DNA of 39,097 nucleotides from an uncultured Candidatus Saccharibacteria bacterium (GCA_964436805.1 CAYTEG010000002.1:1916-41012); one strand, 5' to 3'. Positions 14,715 through 23,152 are shown, counted from the first letter of the stretch. Translations and numbers: made by a program. The notes: generated by a model from the letters alone, not told the origin.

Positions 14715-15926
14715 ATGAAACGCGAAATTTTTCCGCTGTGGCGACACCGCACTGTCGCGATGTATTATGTGCTGGCGCTTGTGTACAGCTCGTGGATTGT
14801 CGCCGGCGTGTGGGTGTTTATTTGGGGCCGGTTTATGAGCAGCCAGCAAATTGGTATTTCTGACGCCCTTACGTTTAGTTTGGGCTTTTTAGTTGAGCTG
14901 CCGTCTGGCCTGATCGCCGATGTTTTAGGCCGCAAACGCACGGTTATTTTTGGCAATATTATGTTGGTAGTCGGCAATATCATGATTGCATTTAGCACAT
15001 CGTTTTGGGCAATCACCATTTGGTATGGCTTGTGGACGATTGGGTACGCCTTTCAATCTGGCGCGACCGAAGCGCTGGTGTACGACTACCTAAAATCCAA
15101 AAAGCTCGACGACCAGTGGGCGCGCGTGCGCAACACTTACAATATTATCGGCATGATCACTTACCCGGTCGCGATTGTCGTTGGTGGCATGCTGTACGCC
15201 GCGGCCTATTTTTTGCCGTACATGGCGTCGGCCGGCATTGGCGTGGTTGGTGTCATTGCCGCCTGTTTTTTGATGGAAGGCCGCGTGCACACCAAGCCCG
15301 AATTTTCGCTGGCACTGTACGCCGCGCATATTCGTGACGGCGTGGGCGTGCTATTTCGCAAAGCGGTCGCGCCGGTCAGCCTCGCCGCCCTTTTGGTGCT
15401 CGGCATTAACATTGTGTTTTCGTGGGGGTTGCTCAAACTGTATACTATCCACCGCTTTGGCTATAGTGACGAGCTAACGCCAATGTTGGCCGCAGTGCTC
15501 GGCGCGGCCAGCACGATTGCCTTGTTTGCGTTTAACCCACTGCGCAAAAAGATTGGCACGGTGCGGCTGCTTTTTGCTTGCACCGCTCTTTTTGGCCTGG
15601 TGTTTACCTCGCTGTATTTGCCGTACGACTGGCTGTTTGGCGCGCTGGCACTGGTTGTGGTGACGGTTACTGCCAACTACACCGAACAGTTATTTTCGGT
15701 GTTTATTAACAAACATGCGCACGAAAGCCACCGCGCCACCACCCTCTCGGCCGTATCACTGCTTACCCGCACACCGTACGCACTTTTGGCGGTCGTTATG
15801 GGAGCCATGGCCGAACGCAACGCCTTGCCGCTGCTTTGCTTGCTTTTAGGAATTGTCGCGGTTGGTGGCGTCGGCTGGGCATTGCTTTTGCGCCGCACGC
15901 AACCCACGGCCGAACGCGCCAATTAA
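14715..15926 (+). CDS. MFS transporter (12 TM)
   Basis: 403 aa, polytopic. MFS loop motif GLIADVLGRKRTVIFG between TM2 and TM3. Confidence 0.8.
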   Translation: MKREIFPLWRHRTVAMYYVLALVYSSWIVAGVWVFIWGRFMSSQQIGISDALTFSLGFLVELPSGLIADVLGRKRTVIFGNIMLVVGNIMIAFSTSFWAITIWYGLWTIGYAFQSGATEALVYDYLKSKKLDDQWARVRNTYNIIGMITYPVAIVVGGMLYAAAYFLPYMASAGIGVVGVIAACFLMEGRVHTKPEFSLALYAAHIRDGVGVLFRKAVAPVSLAALLVLGINIVFSWGLLKLYTIHRFGYSDELTPMLAAVLGAASTIALFAFNPLRKKIGTVRLLFACTALFGLVFTSLYLPYDWLFGALALVVVTVTANYTEQLFSVFINKHAHESHRATTLSAVSLLTRTPYALLAVVMGAMAERNALPLLCLLLGIVAVGGVGWALLLRRTQPTAERAN

Positions 15927-15929
15927 CAA

Positions 15930-15953
15930 AAACCGCCCTGTTACAGGCGGTTT
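15930..15953. terminator. Bidirectional rho-independent terminator between convergent genes
   Basis: aaaccgcc (15930-15937) / ggcggttt (15946-15953) with an 8-nt loop. Flanked by an A-run upstream and a T-run downstream. Confidence 0.6.
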
Positions 15954-15982
15954 AAGCTGCGCGGAGTGCATCGGCTAAACGT

Positions 15983-16246
15983 TTAGGCATGTTCGGTAAC
16001 AGCCACCAGCGTCCAGTTTTGGTCGGCATCCGTACATTGCAGGCGGAAGCTGCTAAGGCCATCCGTCATGTCAAAAATACGGGTCGTGCTTCCAGCTTTA
16101 GAGATGCTGTATTGCAACCCCTCGCTAAAAGTATAGCTGCGGCCGCCCCACTCCATGCGCTTTGGGTACGTACTAAGCTGCCGACGATTTCTAAAGTACC
16201 AGGCCGTAATGTTTACGCCCTCGTTAATGTGTTTGCGACTTCCCAT
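15983..16246 (-). CDS. Hypothetical 87-aa protein
   Basis: A good SD (caggaggac) sits 8 nt upstream of the ATG at 16246. Balanced composition. No family recognised. Confidence 0.5.
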   Translation of the reverse strand: MGSRKHINEGVNITAWYFRNRRQLSTYPKRMEWGGRSYTFSEGLQYSISKAGSTTRIFDMTDGLSSFRLQCTDADQNWTLVAVTEHA

Positions 16247-16524
16247 AAGGTTAGTCCTCCTGTTCGTTTCTTTTAGTAAATAAAAGAACGGATTTTGACA
16301 GGAGCATCCTGGTTACGAAGGTTCGGGCCGTCCACCGATTCTTCTGCCAAGAGGCTAAATGTAGCCAGATCGCTCTGGCGCAAAGTACCGGCTAGTGCCG
16401 GCGTACTTGTTAAGGTCTGGATGTAAGAAGGTGTTCCCACCAGCACACACATGACTAACCATAAGTATAGTCTTATATATGCGGGCGCGAAAGACTTGAT
16501 TTTTGGGTGCAATATTTTGCCAGT

Positions 16525-16555
16525 GCGGCCGACCCCCGCAGTGGGAGCCGGCCGC
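16525..16555 (-). terminator. GC-rich hairpin 3' of gene 16563..17120
   Basis: gcggccgac / gccggccgc arms (one mismatch) with an internal CCC/GGG extension. Starts 8 nt past the stop codon. No U-tract. Confidence 0.4.
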
Positions 16556-16562
16556 AGTGACG

Positions 16563-17120
16563 TCACACGAACGCGCCGGCCAGGTTGGTCAGCGGCTCAG
16601 TGGCCGCGGGTAGGGGTATCGGCTTCTTGAGCCGAACCTCGACCTCGCTCTTGACGAACCGTACTTCTGCGGCCAGGCCGGTGGCCAGCAGCCGCCGCCT
16701 GATCGTCGCGCGGCGGCGTGGCCGGCGGCGCACCCACTTGCGGTAGCGGAGTTGGGGTTCGATGCTGAGCCAGTGCTCTGGCTTGGCGATGATCGTCATT
16801 CCCACGTAGTGGCCGGTGGCGAAGGTGTAGCCGAGCGCCAAGTCCCAAGCCTCGACCCCTGCGGGAAGTGTTGCGGTGACGCGCTGGACGGCGTCGAGCG
16901 CCGAGCTGGCGCCCTCGACAGGGATGTTCTTGCTCTTGCTGGGGCGGGGTGACGGCTTGCGCCCCTCGCTGGCGTATAGTCCGACCAGCCTCGGGTGACC
17001 TTTAATGCTGCAATCGGTCACGCCGTCATGGTAGAACGTGAAGATCGTGGCGTGGTCATTCCCCGCCCCGATCGTCAGGTGTGCTTCTGTAAACACCGCA
17101 TTTCCCTTCGACGGTGACAT
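16563..17120 (-). CDS. Hypothetical protein (185 aa) with Arg-rich segment; possible paralogue of the next gene
   Basis: GC-rich ORF. ATG at 17120 chosen; the track extension to 17204 lacks support. Sequence PQLRYRKWVRRRPRRRATIRRRLL. TATTAT lies 7 nt upstream of the ATG with no SD, suggesting a leaderless transcript. Confidence 0.55.
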   Translation of the reverse strand: MSPSKGNAVFTEAHLTIGAGNDHATIFTFYHDGVTDCSIKGHPRLVGLYASEGRKPSPRPSKSKNIPVEGASSALDAVQRVTATLPAGVEAWDLALGYTFATGHYVGMTIIAKPEHWLSIEPQLRYRKWVRRRPRRRATIRRRLLATGLAAEVRFVKSEVEVRLKKPIPLPAATEPLTNLAGAFV

Positions 17121-17210
17121 CTTGCATATAATAAGTGCAGGGTGGTGTAAAAGTAAATAGCTGAGCTTTTGCACGGCCAGCCCGGTGTGGGGCCGGCCGT
17201 GCATGGGCGC

Positions 17211-17780
17211 CTAATTAAGGATACGCGCAAACCTTTTGCAGCTCGCCAGAATCGAATCGGTGCTGGCCACCGCCGCGTCGGTCATGGCGATAATGATGGT
17301 GTGGTCGAGCTTGCAGTAACGCACCAACTCGGTTCGACGGATGTTGCTCAGCCGCCGCCTCATTCGCCTGCCGCTGTAGAGCCAGGGGGTGAGCTTGACG
17401 CTGACCACGTTGTCGGCGTAGAACGTCATGCTCATCCGTGGGCGCGTGTGCAACCGGCTTACGTGGTAAACCAGGGTGACCGGTGCGTGCTCCAGGTCGG
17501 CCATCCCGCGCAGTACGTCGCAGAACCTGGCGAGGTCGTCGAGTATGTTGCCGGCCACCGCTGCTTCGTAGGTCAGCATGCGGGTGGTGGTAAACGGTTC
17601 ATCGTACGTGGGCTTGCCCAGCGCCGCGATGAACTTTTTTGCTTCGTCGGTATTGCATTCGATACTGAACTGTCGTTGCCCACCCGAGCCGATATACGCC
17701 GTAATAGTGACGTTGGGCAAATCGTCGGTGGTTACCGAAGCGCTTTTAAGCAACATGACACCATCCCATCTAGACGTCAT
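17211..17780 (-). CDS. Hypothetical protein (189 aa) with Arg-rich segment
   Basis: ORF with balanced composition in this frame only. Sequence TPWLYSGRRMRRRLSNIRRTELV parallels the neighbouring gene. No SD. A TATTAT-like box lies 4-6 nt upstream of the ATG. Confidence 0.6.
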   Translation of the reverse strand: MTSRWDGVMLLKSASVTTDDLPNVTITAYIGSGGQRQFSIECNTDEAKKFIAALGKPTYDEPFTTTRMLTYEAAVAGNILDDLARFCDVLRGMADLEHAPVTLVYHVSRLHTRPRMSMTFYADNVVSVKLTPWLYSGRRMRRRLSNIRRTELVRYCKLDHTIIIAMTDAAVASTDSILASCKRFARILN

Positions 17781-17942
17781 ACTGATAATAACAAAAAAGT
17801 ATTGCCGGATGTTTGCTTTGCGCAGCCGTATAGTACCAATATGTGGTTTTGATGTAAAGGCAAACTATACAAAAGTTATCTTTTGTGATATAAATATTTT
17901 TTAGTAGTCTCTGCAAGAGGAGACTGAGTGAGAGGGCATGAA

Positions 17943-18986
17943 ATGGATCCCCTCAGCAAGGAACAAAAGACGTTCAAGAAGGTCGTCGAAGACCGGAAGG
18001 CCACGAGCGTCGCCGCGTCACTCGTCGTCGCCGTCTTCGCGCTCATTACCGCGATCTTCGGTGTTGGAGTCACCCACATCCCGTACTACGCCTCTATCGC
18101 GACGTTCTGGGCTGACGCCGGGATTGTCCTGGCTGGGTTCGTGGTCGCGGCGGCGCTGTCGGTGCTGGCGTACAAAGCGACGCGTCGCAAGACGGTCGTG
18201 AGTACGGTGGCTCTGCACCTGCTCGCGGTGTCGACGTTGGTTGCGGCCCTCGTGGCCGGCTTCCGCTACGACTCGCCCGAGTGGCATGCGGCGGCTGCGG
18301 CGCGCGAACAGGTCTACGCCGACCTCGAGGTCGACAAGACCATCGAGCACCCCAGGGACTACAGCGGCATTGTCGTGCCCTGTGTTGTTGGGGCGCATGT
18401 CGGCGTTTGCAAGAACGCCGTGCGCCAGTCGGTGTACTTCGACAAGGGTGGTATGTCGGGAACGCTCGGTGTACCGCGCAAGGGAATCGTTTCTTTTCCG
18501 ATCCGCAAGGTGACGATCGGCGACGGTGCCGCGACGCGCTGGGCCATCGGCTGCACCTACAACGGCACGTGGCACAACTGGGATGAACGGCAGGCGTCGG
18601 GCATTCCGCTGGGCGTGCATGTGCTCAACCACCACGCGTGCCCCGTCATCTTCGAGCCGGCTTCGCCCGCGGTGACCGAGGTTGCCAAGGACATGGAGGC
18701 TCAGGGTATCGGCTACATGTACAAGACGGGTGAGCGGCCGTCCTTCTATGAGGGCGGCGTGGCTGTAACCGCACCCGACCAGGCAACCGCCTGGGTGACC
18801 GGTTTCGGCCTGCACGCGCCCGCCATGTTCCCGCTCCGCAAGGTCAACGGGCACTGGTGGCTCGGCTGCGTCTTCACTCCGATGGAGGGCAAGCCGTTTT
18901 GGCTGCCCTGGACGGCGCCGTTCCCCGGTACAACCCAGCTCGTCGGCGACTTCGTCGCCCAGCACGGTGCCTGCCTCGGCGGGTAA
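17943..18986 (+). CDS. Membrane protein: 3 N-terminal TM helices + Cys-containing extracytoplasmic domain with internal repeat
   Basis: ATG at 17943 preceded by gagaggg 8 nt upstream. TM helices SVAASLVVAVFALITAIFGVGV, ADAGIVLAGFVVAAALSVLAY and VALHLLAVSTLVAALVAGF. Repeat FPIRKVTIGDGAATRWAIGCTY / FPLRKVNGHWWLGCVF. GC-rich. Confidence 0.65.
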   Translation: MDPLSKEQKTFKKVVEDRKATSVAASLVVAVFALITAIFGVGVTHIPYYASIATFWADAGIVLAGFVVAAALSVLAYKATRRKTVVSTVALHLLAVSTLVAALVAGFRYDSPEWHAAAAAREQVYADLEVDKTIEHPRDYSGIVVPCVVGAHVGVCKNAVRQSVYFDKGGMSGTLGVPRKGIVSFPIRKVTIGDGAATRWAIGCTYNGTWHNWDERQASGIPLGVHVLNHHACPVIFEPASPAVTEVAKDMEAQGIGYMYKTGERPSFYEGGVAVTAPDQATAWVTGFGLHAPAMFPLRKVNGHWWLGCVFTPMEGKPFWLPWTAPFPGTTQLVGDFVAQHGACLGG

Positions 18987-18995
18987 CCTGCACTA

Positions 18996-19049
18996 CCCCG
19001 GCCTCGCTACTTCGGTAGCCTGGCCGGGTTTCAATTTTGCCCTTTTTTC
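18996..19049 (+). terminator. Rho-independent terminator
   Basis: Nested stem ccccggcc..gctac-TTCG-gtagc..ggccggg, followed by tttcaattttgccctttttt. Confidence 0.7.
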
Positions 19050-19071
19050 GGCCGGCGAGTATGCTAATGAT

Positions 19072-19818
19072 ATGGATAAACTTAACCAAGATACTCAAAA
19101 AGAAGAAAAACAACCAAAAAATAAAAGTACATTGTTCGCTATTTTGTTTGGCATTGCGGCGCTGGCTGCAATTGGCCTGGCGATTGCATTGTGGTGGTGT
19201 TTGTGGGGGCACGCCTCGCCGCCGGCTAGCAGTGGCGCGCCAACAACCGCCGCGGCAACTGGCCCTTGTGCGGCTGGCGCCAACAACGATTTGCCCGCCG
19301 GCTTTAGCTGGTACGAAAACACCAGTTTAGGCTACAAGTTCGCCTACCCAACAGCGTGGGGCGCCGTAACGGTTGCAACCTCGCCCATGGGTGGCACGGC
19401 CGGGCATTACGTTTTGGGGAGCTTCGCCAGCAACCACGACGTTACCTTTGGCGGCAACGGCACCGATTATATTGTGAGCGCCCGCGACGGCATCCCTACC
19501 GATAACCCGGGCTTTTTACAAGCAACCAGCAAGTTTTACGCCGTTCAAATTTGGAAGTTGCACGGCGCGACCGATGAGCCGCACTATGCGCTCTACCCGC
19601 TCGACGATCCAACAGTTGCTAAAAACACCTGCAACACGAAGGCGGTTGTTACGCAGTATCCGCTGACCGAATTTTACGGGTATGCATACGACGTCGCGCG
19701 CGTAAACTTGCAACCGAGCAACTTATATTATGGCGTTAATGTGGTATTAAAAAATCCGACAGCGGATTCGCGGGCGGATTTGGATAAGTTAGTCGCGTCG
19801 TTTCAGTTAATTCCGTAG
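19072..19818 (+). CDS. Single-TM-anchored extracytoplasmic protein, function unknown
   Basis: Start at MDKLNQDTQKEEKQPKNKS, then TM LFAILFGIAALAAIGLAIALWW and a Pro/Ala/Ser/Thr linker. Backbone-like composition. The track start at 18967 would run through the terminator. Confidence 0.6.
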   Translation: MDKLNQDTQKEEKQPKNKSTLFAILFGIAALAAIGLAIALWWCLWGHASPPASSGAPTTAAATGPCAAGANNDLPAGFSWYENTSLGYKFAYPTAWGAVTVATSPMGGTAGHYVLGSFASNHDVTFGGNGTDYIVSARDGIPTDNPGFLQATSKFYAVQIWKLHGATDEPHYALYPLDDPTVAKNTCNTKAVVTQYPLTEFYGYAYDVARVNLQPSNLYYGVNVVLKNPTADSRADLDKLVASFQLIP

Positions 19819-19825
19819 TGTTGCT

Positions 19826-19863
19826 GCCGCCCCTCCCCGCGTGACCAAGGCGGAGGGGGCGGC
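19826..19863. terminator. GC-rich bidirectional hairpin between convergent genes
   Basis: gccgcccctccccgc / gcggagggggcggc arms with loop gtgaccaag. Confidence 0.5.
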
Positions 19864-19871
19864 GATTGCCG

Positions 19872-20444
19872 TTACAACTTGAAACAGCTGAACTTTTGCT
19901 GGCCGACCGGCAGGTCGAATGATTTTCCATTGGCGTGCGCCATCACCTTGGCCGGCAGTTGTTTCAAATCGTCGGCCGTGACCGGTTTGTCGGGTTCGAT
20001 GCCGGTACTGCACTGATAGTGCGGCTGCGTCAGCCCCGACGGCCGGATAGTGTCTGTGCCCGGCCAGTCGTCGCCGTACACGATGAGCGCAGCGTTGAAG
20101 TTGCGCCAATCGGCTGCCAGCGTCGGAACTTTCTTGAGCGACCGCGACACCCACGGTTCGGCCGTGCTGCCGTGCCCTTGCTTGATGTTCGAGCCCGGCT
20201 TGCCGTAGTAGATAACGGCAAATTCGTCCTTGCCATCGCGGTCAGGCAGGCGGTACTGAATCCCAAACGGCCTGTAGCCGGCCGCCCCGAGCGCCTTGGT
20301 CGTGGCGTCGGGCTCGGCGGTGACGGCCGTTTGTTCTGACGGCTGCAGGTTCTTGTACTCGGTTGGCATTGCTGGCGCAGGGGCCAGGCCGCATCCAACA
20401 AGTACTAAGAGCGCCGCCACAACAATCCACAAACTTTTCTTCAT
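19872..20444 (-). CDS. Lipoprotein, function unknown
   Basis: MKKSLWIVVAALLVLVGCGLAP is a signal peptide with lipobox L-V-G-C. GC-rich. SD ggaaggga. Upstream TTGACG, 17 nt, then a TTTAAT-like promoter. Confidence 0.7.
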   Translation of the reverse strand: MKKSLWIVVAALLVLVGCGLAPAPAMPTEYKNLQPSEQTAVTAEPDATTKALGAAGYRPFGIQYRLPDRDGKDEFAVIYYGKPGSNIKQGHGSTAEPWVSRSLKKVPTLAADWRNFNAALIVYGDDWPGTDTIRPSGLTQPHYQCSTGIEPDKPVTADDLKQLPAKVMAHANGKSFDLPVGQQKFSCFKL

Positions 20445-20512
20445 GCTATCCCTTCCGGGGCTAGGGTCAACTTATTAAAACGTTTTGCTAGGCATTCGTC
20501 AATAGAGGGCAA

Positions 20513-20540
20513 CAAAAAGCCCGCAGCGGTTGCTTGCGGG
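20513..20540 (-). terminator. Rho-independent terminator of gene 20603..21202
   Basis: On the minus strand: cccgca-agcaaccgc-tgcggg followed by ctttttgtt. Confidence 0.6.
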
Positions 20541-20602
20541 TTGCGGTCGTATGGCCGGCGCGGCACGCGTAATGCGTACCGGCCGGCCAATACCGACGTC
20601 TT

Positions 20603-21202
20603 TCATGCCGGGAACTGGTTGACCAGCTCCATCATGGCGGCGAGGCCGACGTTGTCGTAGAAGGTGACCTCCACGGCTTCGCCGTCCTCCAGATCCACCC
20701 GCTCGTAGCGCGACAGGCGGTCGTCGTGATCGGCCTTGGCGGCCAGCAGGACGGTGGCGTACGTGCTCCAGCGCTCGGCGTCGAAGAACTGCGCGCCACT
20801 GGCCAGCGTCTGCCGCACGGACAGCATCTGGTCGCCCAGCACGGTGATGCCCAGTTCGGGCTGCGCCGAGTCGGCGGATAGCGCGAACTGGTGTTCCGTG
20901 AGCGAGCAGCGCTTGTTGTTGAAGGCGGAGGCGATGACCGCGTCGGCCTCGTAGAGCTCGACGGCCCCGAGGTCGGCCGTGAACACCATGCCGTCGTCAC
21001 CCTCTCTGAAGGTGAACGACAGATTGGCCTTCTGCAGCGTTTGGGCGACCGACAGATAGTGCCACTCCTCCGTGAGGTGGATGGCGGCCGTGCAGTTCCC
21101 CTGCGGGTCGGTGCTGATCGTCACTTCGGCCGAGACCTTGTCGGTGTTGGCCTCCATGTAGACGTTCAGGAACAGGCTACGCAGGGTCGGGTTTTCGGAC
21201 AT
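20603..21202 (-). CDS. Hypothetical cytoplasmic acidic protein (199 aa)
   Basis: GC-rich ORF (39/60 GC in line 20641-20700). SD gaggag at 21214-21209. Perfect consensus promoter upstream. No family recognised. Confidence 0.65.
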   Translation of the reverse strand: MSENPTLRSLFLNVYMEANTDKVSAEVTISTDPQGNCTAAIHLTEEWHYLSVAQTLQKANLSFTFREGDDGMVFTADLGAVELYEADAVIASAFNNKRCSLTEHQFALSADSAQPELGITVLGDQMLSVRQTLASGAQFFDAERWSTYATVLLAAKADHDDRLSRYERVDLEDGEAVEVTFYDNVGLAAMMELVNQFPA

Positions 21203-21236
21203 GTTCGACTCCTCAAGGGGTTGGGACGTCTTGATT

Positions 21237-21265
21237 ATTATACTAAATTATTTCATAATTGTCAA
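21237..21265 (-). promoter_or_regulatory. Perfect sigma70 consensus promoter for gene 20603..21202
   Basis: On the minus strand: TTGACA (21265-21260), exactly 17 nt, TATAAT (21242-21237). Confidence 0.7.
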
Positions 21266-21287
21266 TACGAACAGGCTGTGCTATACT
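21259..21287 (+). promoter_or_regulatory. Predicted typA promoter sharing its -35 region with the divergent promoter
   Basis: TTGTCA (21259-21264), 17 nt, TATACT (21282-21287). The -35 hexamers of the two strands occupy the same near-palindrome aTTGTCAAt. Confidence 0.5.
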
Positions 21288-21325
21288 GTTAAAAAGCGCT
21301 AAAAAGGCGCGTTATTTTTTACGCT

Positions 21326-23152
21326 ATGCAAGACCAATCCAAAATCCGCAACATCGCCATTATCGCCCACGTTGACAACGGTAAAACTACCTTGGTGGAC
21401 GGGCTGCTTAAGCAATCTAAAACGTTCCGCGACAACCAGGCCGAGATGAGCCAGGATTTAATCATGGACAGCGGCGACCAAGAGCGCGAGCGCGGCATTA
21501 CTATCACCGCTAAGGTGACGGCGGTGCAGCACGGCGATTACCGCATTAATATTATCGACACGCCGGGCCACGCCGATTTTTCGGGCGAGGTTGAACGCAC
21601 CCTTAATATGGCCGACGGCTGCCTGCTTATTGTCGACGCCCAAGAAGGCCCGATGCCGCAAACCAAGTTTGTGCTGGGCAAAGCTTTGGGTGCCGGCTTA
21701 AAACCAATCGTTATAATCAACAAAATCGACAAACCGGGCAACCGCCTGGGCGAAGTCGAAGACGAACTTGCCGACCTGTTTTTGGAACTCGCCGTGCACG
21801 AAGATCAGTTACACTACCCCGTGTACTACGCCATTGGCCGCGAAGGCAAAGCCTGGCAAAACATCCCGGCCGACCCAACCGAAGCGGGCGATCTCGATCC
21901 TATTTTCGACGCTATTATTAGCGATATTCCGGCGCCAAAAGTTGAGCTCGACGCGCCTTTGCAGCTGTTAGTTACGGCACTCGCGTGGGACAACTACAAG
22001 GGTAAATACGCCATCGGTCGCATTACCGCCGGCCGCGTAAAAGGCGGCGACCAAGTGGTGCTTATTAAAAAAGACGGCTCGCAGGTAAAAGCCAAAGTCG
22101 AGCTGGTATTTATGAGCCACGGCGTCAGCAAATTCGAAGTTAAAGAAGGCGTGGCTGGCGACATTGTGCAACTTACCGGCATTGCCGACGCGCATATTGG
22201 CGACACCATTGCCGACGCGGTTAACCCTGTTGCGCTGCCAACGATCGAAGTCGAAGCGCCAACGCTTAAAGTGTATTTGGGCCCCAACACCAGCCCATTT
22301 AAAGGCCAGGAAGGCCAGTTTACCACTGGCCGCCAAATTGGCGAGCGCTTACAAAAAGAGCTCGAAACCAACGTTGGTTTGCGTGTCGAAGACAGCGGCA
22401 TTGGCTATTTGGTGAGCGGCCGCGGCGAACTGCACCTTTCAGTTTTGATCGAAACCATGCGCCGTGAAGGCTACGAATTCGAAGTCGGCCGTCCGCAAGT
22501 GGTAACGATCGAAGAAGATGGCAAAACAATGGAGCCACTCGAAGAACTTATTATCGAAGTCCCAGCCGAACACACCGGTGCGGTGCAAATGGAACTCGGC
22601 GCCCGCCGCGCTACCTTAAAAGAGCAGTTTTCCTCGGCCAGCAAGGGTGTCACCAAACTGGTGTACGAACTGCCGACCCGCGCGCTTTTGGGTTTGCGCA
22701 ACATTTTGATTACCCAAACCAAGGGCACGATCGTTATGAACACCTTAATGGTCGGCTACCAACCGCTTGGCGCGCCGCTGCAACAGCTGCGCAATGGTGC
22801 ATTAATTGCTTTTGAGCAAGGCGTCACTACTCCTTACGCGCTCGAAATGGCGCAAGCCCGCGGCACAATTTTTGTAAACCCCGGCGAAAAGGTATACGCC
22901 GGCGAAATTATTGGCCTCAACAACCGCGGCGAAGACCTTGAAATCAACGTGTGCAAAGCAAAACACCTTACCAACATGCGCAGCAGCTCCAGCGACGGCA
23001 TTGTGCAAATTACGCCGGCCACTATTTTAAGCCTCGAGCAATGCATCGATTTTATCGAAAACGACGAAATGCTCGAAGTCACCCCGCAGCACCTGCGCCT
23101 GCGCAAAAAAGAGCTCAACCCCAACCTGCGCAAACGCCAACCGCGCGTATAA
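21326..23152 (+). CDS. typA: Translational GTPase TypA/BipA
   Basis: AIIAHVDNGKTTL (G1), DTPGHADF (G3), NKIDK (G4). 608 aa with the typical BipA C-terminal region. Confidence 0.95.
   Translation: MQDQSKIRNIAIIAHVDNGKTTLVDGLLKQSKTFRDNQAEMSQDLIMDSGDQERERGITITAKVTAVQHGDYRINIIDTPGHADFSGEVERTLNMADGCLLIVDAQEGPMPQTKFVLGKALGAGLKPIVIINKIDKPGNRLGEVEDELADLFLELAVHEDQLHYPVYYAIGREGKAWQNIPADPTEAGDLDPIFDAIISDIPAPKVELDAPLQLLVTALAWDNYKGKYAIGRITAGRVKGGDQVVLIKKDGSQVKAKVELVFMSHGVSKFEVKEGVAGDIVQLTGIADAHIGDTIADAVNPVALPTIEVEAPTLKVYLGPNTSPFKGQEGQFTTGRQIGERLQKELETNVGLRVEDSGIGYLVSGRGELHLSVLIETMRREGYEFEVGRPQVVTIEEDGKTMEPLEELIIEVPAEHTGAVQMELGARRATLKEQFSSASKGVTKLVYELPTRALLGLRNILITQTKGTIVMNTLMVGYQPLGAPLQQLRNGALIAFEQGVTTPYALEMAQARGTIFVNPGEKVYAGEIIGLNNRGEDLEINVCKAKHLTNMRSSSSDGIVQITPATILSLEQCIDFIENDEMLEVTPQHLRLRKKELNPNLRKRQPRV

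Noticed and set aside
16355-16462. 35-aa minus-strand ORF containing HPDLNKYAGTSRYFAPE, reminiscent of the HRDLKP and GTxxYxAPE motifs of Ser/Thr kinases (possible kinase pseudogene)
   Set aside because: The two motif-like strings are only about 9 residues apart, against about 40 in real kinases. No other kinase subdomains appear in any frame of the flanks. Most likely coincidence.
16273-16566. 97-aa ORF filling the long spacer
   Set aside because: It has a GTG start inside the upstream gene's stop region, runs through the terminator hairpin, has no SD, and has odd composition. I treated the region as non-coding and possibly structured.
17169-18965. ORFs 17169..17852(+) 227 aa and 18018..18965(-) 315 aa
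   Set aside because: They are antisense shadows of GC-rich genes. The translations are Arg/Gly/His/Pro-rich, while the opposite-strand frames give balanced proteins with TM helices or motifs.
21288-21325. Possible attenuator hairpin in the typA leader (gcgc-taaaaag-gcgc followed by ttatttttt)
   Set aside because: The stem is only 4 bp, too weak to call a terminator or attenuator.
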